DNA of 64,000 nucleotides from Pristiophorus japonicus (lineage: Eukaryota), in the NCBI RefSeq assembly GCF_044704955.1, contig NC_091989.1, positions 40,300,001-40,364,000 on the forward strand, written 5' to 3'. Below are positions 51,139-64,000 of the stretch, in pieces. The notes below the pieces were generated by a model that worked only from the letters and a program-made list of their open reading frames with translations, had not been told where the DNA came from and made no database searches. The first letter of the stretch is position 1. Each line of letters begins with the position of its first letter. The position numbers and the translations under genes were made by a program.

Positions 51139-51917
51139 GGGGGAGAAATTTCCCAGTGTTAACTCAGTTGGGGAGGGACCTCCTGTGCATGGTGTAGAAG
51201 TCCTGCCCTGGCTGTGAAATTGGGGCTACCGCCACACAGGAAGTGGAGCACAATGTGGTACACTGGGGCGTTATCTGGGGCGCTATTCAGGCGGGTTTGG
51301 CAGTGCTGATGCATTTCAATGTCCCTCCCCTTCCATTAAAGGGGAGGGCTGTCGCGCACTCTGCAGGGCCTCCGACAGCCCCCACTGGGCCACCAAGGCA
51401 GCGCAGTGGCATGGCTGCAGCCCGGCACCAAGACGGCGTGCCAGGCTGCATGATGACGGCCGGACCACGCCATGGACCATCAAGACGGGCCGACCAGTGA
51501 CTCAGACAAAACAACAAAATGCGTGGCGCAGCGCACTTGCCCTTTAAATTCTGCCCCACGAGCAAAGGTCGGCCCAGTGCGCGACTCGCGAGTCTGGCGC
51601 TGACACTGCTCACGGCAGCCTCATGGGGGCGCTGGCCAATTGCCGCCGCGGAGCAGAAAAGGGTCACCGCGGGGCGCAAAGGGGTCGCCCCACACAGCAA
51701 TGACATCATTGGCGGTTACACGGTGGCCCGGGGCGCTAACGGCGGGGCGGGGCGAGGCGAGGCGCCACTGTGCTAGCACCTTTGCTAACTCCTGTTCAAT
51801 TTCGCGGGTGCCGGTAGCTGCCTGCCCCCACCCCCCATGGGCAAAAACAGGTCCACGCCCCATTAGCACATCCCGGAGGTGCTAACGGGAGGCACACAAC
51901 AGGGAAATTTCACGCCC
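51139..51917. mobile_element. GC/CpG-rich Harbinger-type MITE
   Basis: Termini GGGGGAGAAATTTCCC / GGGAAATTTCACGCCC; CpG-rich interior. Confidence 0.65.
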
Positions 51918-52496
51918 GATATCATCGTTTAAAGTATGTTGCACTTGCTCATTATGTGCTTTGCCAAAAGCTTGTAGTTGTCATTGAAGGGCATTCTGAT
52001 GCATAGTGGCTTATGATATTACATTAGAATTTGTTTTATGACAGAACAGATAATATGCAAATATATTTTGATTGATGGAGAAATCAAAAATGATTGTGGC
52101 ATTATCCGAAAGTATAGTATTTTTGCTCAGGGATAGATGGAATACTGTTTAGTCATTGAAGTGAATTTGGGAGGAGTGAGGAAAAACACACCCAACAGGG
52201 CATCATTGCCTTCAGGTAAAATGAATCAAGATTACAACACTCTTTGCAAGACTGAAGCTATGAGGTGTGCTTATCATATTACATTGTAGGCAATACTGAA
52301 AGCAGTATGAATAGCATCAGAATGGAAAGGTGATCATACTCATAGTGATTTATAATGCTTAAGTTAAACTTAAGCTCCATTTTATAACAAATTTCAAACA
52401 AAATTACATGGAAATTCTACCTTATTGGCTGAAATCAAATTTGCTAATTATGATTTTCCTTACTAGCACATTTAACTGGTTTCATTCTTCTATTAA

Positions 52497-53302
52497 GTCC
52501 GGAGGAGGCGGGGGTCCCCGATGGAGGGCACTCTACGCAGGGGTCCTCCCACTATTCATCGGGGACTTGGCCTGGAGGGTGGTGCACGGAGCAGTGCCGT
52601 GCAACAAATTTTTAAGCCGGTTCACGGACTCCCAGGCCGCCTGCAATTTCTGCGGTCTGGAAGAGTCCGTGTTCCATGTTTTTACGGAATGCACAAGGTT
52701 GCAGCCCCTGTTTTATTATTTGAAGGGGCTGCTCCTGAAATTCTGGCTGCACTTCAGTCCCACTCTCCTGATCTTTGGGCACCCTGTGCGGAGGGGAGCG
52801 GGTAGGTCCGAAGGCCTCCTCGTAGGACTGCTCCTGGGCACGGCCAAGGGTGCCATCAGCCGGTCCAGGCAGCGGGCGGTCGAGGGGGTCGTTCAACCTG
52901 ACTGCCTGCCTCTCTTCCGCTCTTACATCCGGTCCAGGGTGTCCTTGGAGATGGAGCACGCGGTGTCCACCGGTACGCTCGTGGCCTTCCGCGAGAGGTG
53001 GGCACCGGAGGGACTGGAGTGCATCATCACGCCTGGCAACCAAATTTTAATTTGATTTTACGTTTTTAAGTTTAATTTGTTTTAATTGCCGGTGCTTTTA
53101 GTGTCCCCCTTCCCTTTTATAGGGGGCACTGGGGAAAATTGTGATTTTAGTGCCCAAAAAAAAACCAAAAAAAGAAAAACACAAAAAAAAACAAAAAAAA
53201 AAAAGGGGGGAAAAAAAAGGGCCTTGTAAATGTCTGGAGTGTCACCCAGGTCGGGTGGCACCGTTTAATGTTTTATGTTTTTGCAGGTGAACTCCAAAAA
53301 GA
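52497..53302 (+). mobile_element. Tx1-clade LINE, 5'-truncated, 18-bp TSD GTTTCATTCTTCTATTAA
   Basis: ORF2 C-terminal zf-RVT-type domain (DLAWRVVHGAVPCN..CNFCGLEESVFHVFTEC), uninterrupted to the stop at 53055; TSD at 52479-52496 and 53303-53320. Confidence 0.88.
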
Positions 53303-53825
53303 GTTTCATTCTTCTATTAAAAACTCTCCGTGCCAACTTTGATAAACAACTAGCTTTAGTCAAAAAGCCTCTTGCACTACTCAGCTACCTGTAGTACAAT
53401 TTGGGGGATAGCACAGACAAGTCATTGTCCTTGTATCTTCTCTAGAAAATGTACTCCCAGTTAGAGTTAAAAAGCTTAAATTTGGCAATCTCATCACTGC
53501 TTCCATTCACTATCCGGAGTCACAGCATTGCTGTCTCATCAAACTACAGTGATCTCACACACCTGCCACCTATTAATGGGGAAAGTGAGACACACCTAAT
53601 ACCTGTTAACTGGTTATTTGAACAAATTGGCTATGTGGAAGTGCATCTACAATTATTCATTCTCAATCAAGAGAGTGAACAAACTTGTATTGATATAATG
53701 TCCTCGGGACATTCCAGAGTACTTCAGAGGCAATGAATTACTTTTTGAAGCATAGTCACTATTGTTTTATTGGCATGCACAGTAGCCAGTTTGTGCACAG
53801 GCAGGCCCCATAAACAGCCAATGAG

Positions 53826-56080
53826 ATAAGAACATAAGAAATAGGAACAGGAGTAGGCCATTTGACCCCTCGAGCCTGTTCGCCATTTAATAAGATCATG
53901 GCTGATCTGATCATGGACTCAGTTCCATCATCATCATTATCATCATCATCATAGGCGATCCCTCGAATCGAGGATGACTTGCTTCCAAGCCAAAAAGGGA
54001 TGAGTTCACAGGTCTTTCAATGAAGGACCTAATAAACCAGGTCCTGAACTGCATGTTGAAGGGTGGAAAATGCCTGTGCGTGGATTTTTTTAACATGTGA
54101 TGGCCGTTGCACACCATTCATCACATGGGCTTGACAGAGATAGGTCTTGGTTCAGTGGCAAGGTTTAACCAAGATGACTGGAGACCAGCTCTGGTGCATG
54201 GACCTAGTGTGCACACATGTTGCAGTGTGGGCTGGCCCGTGATGTCTCTGGGCCCTCGCTTCTCCTGAGCCCGGATCACGTCGCTCCACGATCTCTCGCT
54301 GTACCAGCTCCCGACCTTGCTGCTCCTGCTGTACCTGCCCATGCTCCAATCACCGACCTGGGTTATGGTGATGTCCAATCCAGTCGTGCTCTTTATAGCT
54401 GTCGCTCTCCTGCACCAGCACGCATTGTACCTTGAAGTGGTATGCCTCCACATGCCGCTCCTTTGAAAGCCCCGACCTGGTGATGGTCCTTGTAGGTCAG
54501 GCCACTGCGTTGATTGCTGGGTCTGACCTCCGCACGCCGCTCCTTTCCACTCAGTTCCACTTCCCTGCCCACTCCTCATAACCCTTTATTCCCTTATCAC
54601 TCAAAAATCTGGCTATCTCCACCTTAAATATATTCAATGACCCAGCCTCCACAGTTCTCTGGGGCAGAGAATTCCACAGATTTACAACCCGCTGAGGGAA
54701 GAAATTCCTCCTCATCTCAGTTCTAAATGGGCGGCCCCTTATTCTGAGACTATGTCCCTAGTTCTCGTTTCCCCTATGAGTGGAAATATCCTTTCTGCAT
54801 CTACCTTGTCAAGCCCCCTCGTTATTTTATATGTTTCGATAAGATCACCTCTTATTCTTTTGAACTTCAATGTGTATAGGCCTAACCGACTCAATCTATC
54901 TTCATAAGTCAATGCTCTCATCTCCGCAATCAACTGAGTGCATCTTCTCTGAACAGTTTCCAATGCAAGTATATGCTTCCTTAAATACGGAGACCAAAAC
55001 TGTACACAGTACTCCAGGTGTGGCCTCACCAATACCCTGTACAGTTGTAGCAGGTCTTCTCTGCTTTTATACTCTATCCCGCTTGCAACAAAGGTCAACA
55101 TTCCATTTGCTTTCCTGATTACTTGCTGTATCTGCATACTAACTTTTTGTGTTTCATGCACAAGGACCCCCAGGTCCCTCTGTACTGAAGCACTTTGCAA
55201 TTTTTCTCCATTTAAATTATAATTTGCTTTTCTATTTTTTCTGTCAACGTGGATAACCTCACATTTTCCAACATTATACTCTATTTGCCAAATTTTTACC
55301 CATTCACTTAGCCTGTCTATATCCCTTTGCAGATTTTTTGTGTCCTTCTCACAATTTGCTTTCCCTCCCATCCTTGTATCATCAGCAAACTTGGCTACAT
55401 CACACTCGGTCCCTTCATCCAAGTCATTAATATAGATTGTAAATAGTTGAGGTCCCAGCACCAATCCCTGCGGCACCTCATTAGTCACTGTTTGTCAACC
55501 GGAAAATGACCCATTTATCCCAACTCTCTGGTTTCTATTAGTTAGCCATTCCTCAATCCATGCTAATATATTACCCCCAACCTCGTGAACTCTTATCTTG
55601 TGCAGTAACCTTTTATGTGGCACCTTATCAAATGCCTTCTGGAAATCCAAATACACCACATCCACTGGTTCCCCCTTATCCACCCTGCTCGTTACATCCT
55701 CAAAGAACTCCATCAAATTTGTCAAACATGATTTCCCTTTCATAAAACCATGCTGGCTCTGCTTTATTGAATTATGCTTTTCCAAATGTCCTGCTATTGC
55801 TTCCTTAATAATGGACTCCAGCATTTTCCCAATGACAGATGTTAGGTTAACTGGTCTATAGTTTCCTGCTTTCTGTCTGCCTCCTTTTTTAAATAGGGTC
55901 GTTACATTTGCGGTTTTCTAATCCGCTGGGACCTCCCCAGAATCCAGCGAATTTTGTAGATTACAAACAATGCATCCACTATCTCTGCAGCCACTTCTTT
56001 TAGGACCCTAGGATGCAAACCATTAGGTCCAGGGCACTGGTCCGTCTTTAGTCCCATTATTTTTCTGAGTACTACTTCTT
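53826..56080 (-). mobile_element. CR1 LINE, 5'-truncated (TTCTTATG tail), 3' UTR interrupted at 53928-54548
   Basis: Tail ATAAGAACATAAG; RT ORFs 54739-55488 and 55495-55824. Confidence 0.9.
53928..54548 (-). mobile_element. Non-coding element with an RTE-type 3' tail, 11-bp TSD ACTCAGTTCCA
   Basis: (CAT)n tail + GGCGATCCCTCGAATCGAGGATGACTTGCTTCCA (complement of the RTE 3' end); TSD at 53917-53927 and 54549-54559. Confidence 0.78.
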
Positions 56081-56459
56081 CGAAAATGATTCATTTTGGT
56101 GGTGTGGGTTGAGGGACCAATGTTGACCAATGCAGTAAAGGAATTTCCCTGATCTTTCTTGAATAGTGTCATGGAATAGTTATATTCACCCAAATACTCA
56201 GACTGAGCTTCAGTTCAATTGTTTAATGTTATTTAAAAATTTGTTCATGGATTGTGGGCATTGCTGGCAGGTCAGCATTTATTGCCCATCTCTAATTACG
56301 CTTGTGAACGTGGTGGTGTGGCTTGCTAGGCCATTTCAGTGGACAGTTAAGAGTCAAAGACTAGGTCAGGACGGCAGATTTCCTTCCCTAAAGGACAATA
56401 GTGAACCAGATGGGGTTTTACGACAATCCGAAAGTTTCATGGACACCATTACTGGTACA

Positions 56460-58018
56460 TAGTGAGAGAAGACGTTTTAAAGGGCTTAGCAGCTTTGAAA
56501 GTGGGTAAATCCCCAGGCCTGGATGAAATGTATCCCAGGCTGTTAAGAGAAGCAAAAGAGAAAATAGCAGTTCTTGTGCCTGAGGACTGGAGGACTACTA
56601 ATGTTGTACCTTTGTTTAAAAATGGAGAAAGGGATAGACCGAGTAATTACAGGCCAGTCAGCCTAACCTCGGTAATGGAAAAATTATTGAAAAAAATCCT
56701 GAGGGACCGGATAAATCTTCATTTGGAAAGACATGGATTAATCAAGGACAGTCAACATGGATTTGTCAAGGGAAGGTCATGTCTGACTAACTTGATTGAA
56801 TTTTTCGAGAAGGCAACCAGGAGGGTCAATGAGAGGAGTGCGTATAATGTAGTGTATATGGATTTTAGCAAAGCTATTGATAAGATTCCACATAGTAAAC
56901 TGGTCACGAAAGTAATAGCCCATGGGATCCAGGACAAAGTGGCAAGTTGGATCCAAAATTGGCTCAGAGGCAGGAAGCAAAGGGTAATGGTTGATGGGTG
57001 TTTTTGTGACTGGAAGGCTGTATCCAGTGGGGTTCTGCAGGGCTCAGTGCTGGGTCCCTTGCTTTTTGTGGTATATATCAACGACTTGGACTTAAATGTT
57101 GGGGATATGATTACGAAGTTTGCAGATGACACTAAAATAGACTGTGTGGTTGATAATGAAGATGAAAGCTGCGGACTGCAGGAAGATATCAATGTATTGG
57201 TCAGGTGGGCAGAACAATGGCAAATAGAATTAAATCTGAATAATTGTGAGGTAATGCATTTGGGGAGGTCTAACAAGGCAAGGGAATACACATTAAATGG
57301 TATGACACAGAACAGTGTAGAGGAACAATGGTTCCTTGGAGTGCAGGTCCACAGATCCCTGAAGGTAGCAGGCCAGGTAGATAAGGTGATTAAGAAGACA
57401 TATGGAAAACTTGCCTTTATAAGTGGAGGCATGGAATACAAGAGCAAGGAGGTTATGCTTGAACTGTTTAAAACACTGGTTAGGCTGCAGCTGGAGTACT
57501 GTGTACAATTCTGGTCACCACATTACAGGAAAGATGTGATTGCACTGGAAGTTGACTGGACTGGAGAGTTTTGGCTATGAGGAAAGATTGAAGATGCTGG
57601 GTCAGTTTTCTTTGGAACAGAGGAGGCTAAGGGGAGACCTGATTGAGGTGTATAAAATTATGAGGGGCCTGGATAGAGTGGATAGGAAGGACCTGTTTCC
57701 CTTGACAGAGGAGTCAACAACCAGGGGGCATAGATTTAAAGTAATTGGGGGGGACGTTTAGAGGAGATATGAGGGGCAATTTCTTCACCCCGAGGATGAT
57801 GGGGGTCTGGAAATCACTGCATGAAAGGATGGTAGAGGCAGAAACCCTCACCACATTTAAAAGATACTTGGATGTGCACTTACAGTGCCATAATCTGCAG
57901 GGCTATGGACCAAGAGGTGGAAAGTGGGATTAGGCTGATAGCTCTTGGTTGGCTGGAATGGACACGATGGACTGAAATGTCCTCCTTCCGTGCTGTAAAT
58001 TTCTATGATTCTATGATT
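56460..58018 (+). mobile_element. CR1 LINE, 5'-truncated (ATTCTATG tail)
   Basis: RT ORF 56462-57580 and downstream fragments; ends TTCTATGATTCTATGATTC, the classical CR1 octamer tail. Confidence 0.9.
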
Positions 58019-58823
58019 CCTATCATCCCAACTTTATACTGTACTGCAGCGGTAATTGGCAAGATTTCAGGAAAGTGTGTTATAGAAAAATGAAGGCTTT
58101 TGCAAAACACAGAAATATAGAGGGAAATAAGAGTAGACAAAGTGTTCAAATGCACAAGTAGAGAAATGTTCATTGCCAAAAAATGAGACTTCAACTGAAG
58201 CAACAGCAATCTTGCTTTAAGAAACAGTTCAGGTGTATTTATGCATTACAAGTCTATTTTATATGGGCAAAGTGTGTGATGAGGTGGAGCATTGCCCACA
58301 ATTGTGAAATTCTTCATGAGAACCGATTTACGTAAATGGTTTATTTAAAGTATGCTTGCACATGCCTGCAGCATGGCCTTCTTTTTTGTTCCCAGTTTGC
58401 CTCTTGGCAACGTGGGTATGCCGCAAATCAGTCAAGCGAAGTCAGGAGTACAATTTTCTGGCCCATGGCCTCCACCAGTTTCTATGTCACGAGAAGTAAG
58501 TCACAAAATTTAACTTCCTAGGTAAAGGATACAAGCATAATTGTAAGTATAAAAAGCTTTACATTTGGGCAAACATTTGTAATATTCCTTCGATAAAAGA
58601 TATCTTTTCCTTATAATAGCTTTAGGAGATGAAATGTCATGAGCGAAAGTGCATTCATTTTCTTCAGTGATTTTTATCAACGATTTGATGGATTGATTGT
58701 ATTATATTTAGTTCTTTAATACCAACATTTTTAATAATCAAGAAGTATTTGAGCTATGAAAACTTTGGAATGACTCAAGGCAATAAGGGTGAAGTGAATC
58801 TAATAATTTCTGATGATAAAGGC

Positions 58824-59693
58824 CACTTGGATAGGTTAGGTGAGTGGGCAAATGCGTGGCAGATGAAGTATAATGTGGATAAATGTGAGGTTATCCACTT
58901 TGGTGGTAAAAACAGAGAGACAGACTATTATCTGAATGGTGACAGATTAGGAAAAGGGGAGGTGCAAAGAGACCTGGGTGTCATGGTACATCAGTCATTG
59001 AAGGTTGGCATGCAGGTGCAGCAGGCGGTTAAGAAAGCAAATGGCATGTTGGCCTTCATAGCAAGGGGATTTGAGTACAGGGGCAGGGAGGTGTTGCTAC
59101 AGTTGTACAGGGCATTGGTGAGGCCACACCTGGAGTATTGTGTACAGTTTTGGTCTCCTAACCTGAGGAAGGACATTCTTGCTATTGAGGGAGTGCAGCG
59201 AAGGTTCACCAGACTGATTCCCGGGATGGCGGGACTGACCTATCAAGAAAGACTGGATCAACTGGGCTTGTATTCACTGGAGTTCAGAAGAATGAGAGGG
59301 GACCTCATAGAAACATTTAAAATTCTGACGGGGTTAGACAGGTTAGATGCAGGAAGAATGTTCCCAATGTTGGGGAAGTCCAGAACCAGAGGTCACAGTC
59401 TAAGGATAAGGGGTAAGCCATTTAGGACCGAGATGCGGAGGAACTTCTTCACCCAGAGAGTGGTGAACCTGTGGAATTCTCTACCACAGAAAGTTGTTGA
59501 GGCCAATTCACTAAATATATTCAAAAAGGAGTTAGATGTAGTCCTTACTACTAGGGGGAATCAAGGGGTATGGCGAGAAAGCAGGAATGGGGTACTAAAG
59601 TTGAATGTTCAGCCATGAACTCATTGAATGGCGGTGCAGGCTAGAAGGGCCGAATGGCCTACTCCTGCACCTATTTTCTATGTTTCTATGTTT
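58824..59693 (+). mobile_element. Young CR1 3' fragment (TTTCTATG family)
   Basis: Open RT C-terminal frame nearly identical to 10753-11622. Confidence 0.92.
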
Positions 59694-59869
59694 ATATTCA
59701 GTGTACTCCAAAGCCAAATGCAAAATCATGCTGGCATGTGCGTTACAATCCAGAATCATGGTTGCATAATTAGTTGACTCTGGGTGGTATGATTTGTGGA
59801 GCAGAACTATGCAAAAGCAACAATTAAATTAGAAGCCAAGTTGGTGTAATAATTGCGGGACAGCCGTCC

Positions 59870-60211
59870 TTGTACTGCGCTGCACTGTCGGAAGTGCTGT
59901 CTTTCCAACGAGATGTTAAATCGAGGCCCCGCCTGCTCTCTCAGGTGGATGTAAAAGATCCCATGACACTATTTCGAAGAAGAGCAGGGGATTGACAATT
60001 CCCCAGTGTCCTGGCCAATATTTATCCCTCAAACAACGTAACAAAAAAACAGAGTATCTGTTCATTATTACATTGCTGTTTGTGGGAGCTTTCTGTGTGC
60101 AATGTACAACAGTGTCTACACTCCAAAAGTACTTCATTGGCTGTAAAGCGCTTTGAGACATCCGGTGGTCGTGAAAGGCGCTATATAAATCCAAATCTTT
60201 CTTTCTTTCTT
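59870..60211 (+). mobile_element. Deu-SINE, 5'-truncated
   Basis: Deu domain and tail GAAAGGCGCTATATAAAT..CTTTCTTTCTTT. Confidence 0.8.
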
Positions 60212-63200
60212 ATCGCAAAATCCGGGCCAATAAGAACAACAGGCACGCAGAGTTTTAAATAGGAAGTGTAAGTTAGAATATTTAATTCAATGTAAAATCA
60301 TGTACATAAAGAGAGGGGAATAAAGTAAATTAAAATTCCAGCTCTACTAAAGCTCAGTACACCATCCAATCTCTTCCGGAAATCCAACAATACCACCATT
60401 AATTCAGCCACTAGGTATGTAAGAACACTCTAAGATGATGCCCCATCCAATTTTTCCTTGCTCCTTGTGGGTAGTTAGCCAGCCTCTCCGATGTGACTGA
60501 ATCATGTCTGAGATTGAGAATTCACCTTGTGGAAAATCACAATTGTAAACCAATATGCCGCCCTCTTAAATATTTAACGCATTTTCCACTACTTGACATA
60601 TATGATCAATAATCAGTAATGTAACAATTCAAACATTATTATTTAAAAAAAATTAGACATTAAACATTTTAAAGGTTAAAATGCTTCAATTGGACATTTC
60701 TGCCAACCATATTGACTTCTAATGCTTAGCGTTGATCTATTTTCCATCTCCATGCTAATCCACTAGGAGTGGAATTCCTCATATCCTGGACCAGCAACAT
60801 TGTTTACTTCACTAACAACACATGTACATTGACTATAATGCAATGTATGATGGCACAATGATGTTAGAATTGTCAATGTATGAACCAAAACCAAACCTGC
60901 CTGGAGATATATTGTAAATGTTTCAAGGTAAACGAGAACAAAGCAAAAAGGAATGTTTATTTTCTTCATTATGGTTTGCCACAGATTAGAAGAGGAGGAT
61001 TTTTATTGTACATTAGGCACTGGATTTCAGCCAATTCAGAATTGTCCCAGTTCACAACGTACAGCGTAACCAATACTGTACGCGCATATACACACATATA
61101 TACATGCATATAATTAAATATATAATTACATATATAATTTATATATTAAAATAGCACCTTTCACTACCTCAGGATACCCCAAAGTGCTTCATAGCCAATG
61201 AAGTACTTTTGAAATGTAGTCAATGTTGCAATGTAGGAATTGAACAGAACAGAGGTGGGGGAGCAATGCTTCAACTTAAAAAGGAGAGCAGTTTTCATGA
61301 TAAAGGCACTTAGCAACTTTTGGAAAACATGTAATGCAGTAATGTAAATACACGAAGATGCATCATCATATCATTAGGAAATGAGTGTGTTGTGATAAAA
61401 GTAACACATTTTTCTCCTAGCTCTTCATCCTTCTGAAAGGTACTTTCTAAACACTTCTTTATGAAAACTGTGCCTCTTTAAGTGAAGCAGCTGCTTCTCA
61501 ATTATTGGAGTAGAAATGGAGTGAGCAGATTTAAATGTGAAGTGAGATGGTATTGTTCAGGAGTATCACATTTATTAAAATGGGGGATCCAATTTCATTT
61601 GTCTATAAAAGAGAATCCTGTATATCACTGAACAGTATCTTTTTAAACATGAGGCGACAGGTAGTGAGGGGGTAACATGGCAAGGCCGGGGAGGCAGAGG
61701 TCCTGCCGAATTTAACGGTAGGACCTCATTATAATTTGACAGAACAAATTGACCGGATGGCTGGCTGCCAGTTGGGAAAACCAGCGGCAGGAGGCCGCAG
61801 CTAGGAACCCTTGGGGACAGTCCTCAGCAATCGTGATCATGGATCAAGCACCATCAGGGGGTGTTGGCAATCCTGGGGCAGGCATCAGTTGTGTTGAGGG
61901 GGGAGGTTTGGCTGATCGCAGCAAGGGCTAGAGAGAGGCCAGTATCGGCAGAAGGGAGGTCGAAGATTTGCTTGAAGGTTGGGGGGGGGGGGGTTGTGCA
62001 GAGGGGTGTCGGGGGGAACTTTCCTGCTCATCCTGGCCCACCTACCTTCTGGAGCCGATTGATCCCATCTCTATTTTGTTGCTGGGTTTCCAGAGCCCTG
62101 CAATTATCGTCATGGGGGTTAATATTGAGGCCATTGTTTCTCTCCACCACATCCACATTATACCATCTTATGGTAAAGCACCGGAGGGAGAAAAATTCCT
62201 CTGCACCCAAATGTGACAAAATCATTAACACATTTGTTATAAGTGGGATTCCAATTTTGTAATACATGGTACACAGAACCCTTTGAAGGTTGAAGTTCCT
62301 CTGCTGGCATCCTGGTGCAGAAATTCTTTGTGCAATAAATGTTGATCATTTTTAAAGCAATACAGGTGAAAACACTTGACTTTGTAGCCACCTTTGACGA
62401 TCTGTGTGAAGGTGAAAGATCTTTTTCCATTCAGTGGCATAGGATAAACTGAAGTACTCATGGTTTGAATTGAAACTGTCCAATTGTTTAGCTGGTCTTG
62501 GTTCTAATGTCTCCATTTGATATTGCAAAATCAAAATATTTAATCAGCATCTGTAGATTAAATTAAACACTAAAGGATATCACTTGTTTCCTTAACTTGA
62601 GGACTTGACATCTTCTTGTTCCTTGTCATTGCCCTCATCAAAGATAATTATAGTTTCAAAGATGGTTTAAAGGAACTTTATCAGGATGATTCATCTGGCT
62701 GGGATATTCTGACTATCATTATTTTTTACACCAAATTAGCTGCAGACTGTTCAGCTTTTATAAAATCTTTAGAACATCATTACCTCATGAAAAATATATG
62801 TAATGCAGGGACATCAGTGGATATCCCATTGTGTTTAATTTAATCGGAATAGCTTTAAATTTAAAATATTCAATGCAGAAGTCAGAACCAGAAATCAGCT
62901 AGCTAGTTGGATAATGCCAAAATTGGAACTATTCATTGTCGGTTGATATTGTAAGATATAAAATGAGCAAGAGCTTCAGCTCACCAGGTGTAGCTGATTG
63001 AATTATCACGTCTGCAAGCAGTAAAAGTCAAGGAATGTGAAGCAAATGACTAACAGATAGCAGAAGTTTTACGGAAAGCAATAGGAGGGGAATGTGAAAT
63101 AAGCATACCAGTTGGATTTTTTTTTAAAGGTAGTAAACATGATAGCCCTAGTATTCCTCTTTGAAGCATTTGGGATGTACTCAGTTCCCAGGCACTAGAA

Positions 63201-63403
63201 AAAGAGGCACTTACCAGAGATGCAGGACAAGAGCAAGTTTGGAGATGAGGCAGGAGGAGCATTCCCAGCTCTTATAATTCACTTTACCACCTCCACCCCG
63301 CCTGGCTGCGTCAGAAGGGTATTATTTTGGAGGTTCCTAAAGGCGTCAGGCATTGCATCTGAATCTTTATCAAATTGGAGATGTTGAGGGGACCAAGCAG
63401 TAA

Positions 63404-64000
63404 AACAGAAAACAGAACAGAAAACAGAGAGTAGGGGGATAAATGATTCTCTGGTTGGCAATCAGTAACTAGTGAGGTGCCGCAGGGATCAGTGCTGGGA
63501 CCCCAACTATTTACAATCTATATTAACAACTTGGAAGAAGGGACTGAGTGTGACGTAACCAAGTTTGCCGATGATACAAAGATGGGAGGAAAAGCAATGT
63601 GTGAGGAGGAAATACAAAATCTGCAAAAGGACATAGACAGGCTAAGTGAGCGGGCAAAAATTTGGCAGATGGAGTATAATGTTGGAAAGTGTGAGGTCAT
63701 GCACTTTGGCAGAAAAAAATCAAAGAGCAAGTTATTATTTAAATGGAGAAAGATTGCAAAGTGCTGCAGTACAGTGGGACCTGGGGATATTTGTGCATGA
63801 AACACAAGGTTAGTATGCAGGTCCAGCAAGTAATCAGGAAGGCCAATGGAATCTTGGCCTTTATTGCAAAGGGGATGGAGTATAAAAGCAAGGAAGTCTT
63901 GCTACAGTTGTACAGGGTATTGGTGAGGCCACACCTGGAATACTGCGTGCAGTTTTAGTTTCTATATTTATGAAAGGATATACTTGCTTTGGAGGTAGTT
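63404..64000 (+). mobile_element. CR1 RT fragment running off the window end
   Basis: PQGSVLGPQLFTIYIN, KFADDTK, RPHLEYCVQF; 12-bp duplication AACAGAAAACAG at its 5' end. Confidence 0.88.

Noticed and set aside
51139-51917. CpG-island-like segment as a host gene promoter
   Set aside because: Bounded by MITE-like TIRs and no adjacent exon; better explained as a transposon.
62240-63400. Possible decayed coding sequence or exons on the minus strand
   Set aside because: Short ORFs in several frames with stops; no recognisable domain or consistent splice structure.

Overview
Repeat-dominated vertebrate non-genic (intergenic or intronic) DNA. The repeat content points to a cartilaginous fish, probably a shark (inference): several CR1 LINE families, Deu-domain tRNA SINEs, RTE and L2 LINEs, a Mag-like Gypsy LTR element, Tx1 LINE 3' ends, PIF/Harbinger elements and MITEs, and a pogo/Tigger derivative. 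No host protein-coding gene is recognisable; every recognisable long ORF is transposon-derived. The most striking signal is a CR1 3'-end copy (31541-31762) with about 30 sense-strand A-to-G changes in ~220 bp. These avoid As preceded by G and stop before the last ~90 nt, which fits an ADAR hyper-edited LINE RNA reverse-transcribed into the germline genome. Other notable items: two young Tx1 copies with no terminal poly(A), both inserted at (T)TTCAT; a chimeric CR1 keeping a vestigial second endonuclease N-terminus; a Harbinger element carrying a spliced Myb/SANT gene and no visible transposase; an RTE-tailed non-autonomous element; and a perfect 54-bp inverted templated duplication. Coordinates and counts were made by eye and are approximate.
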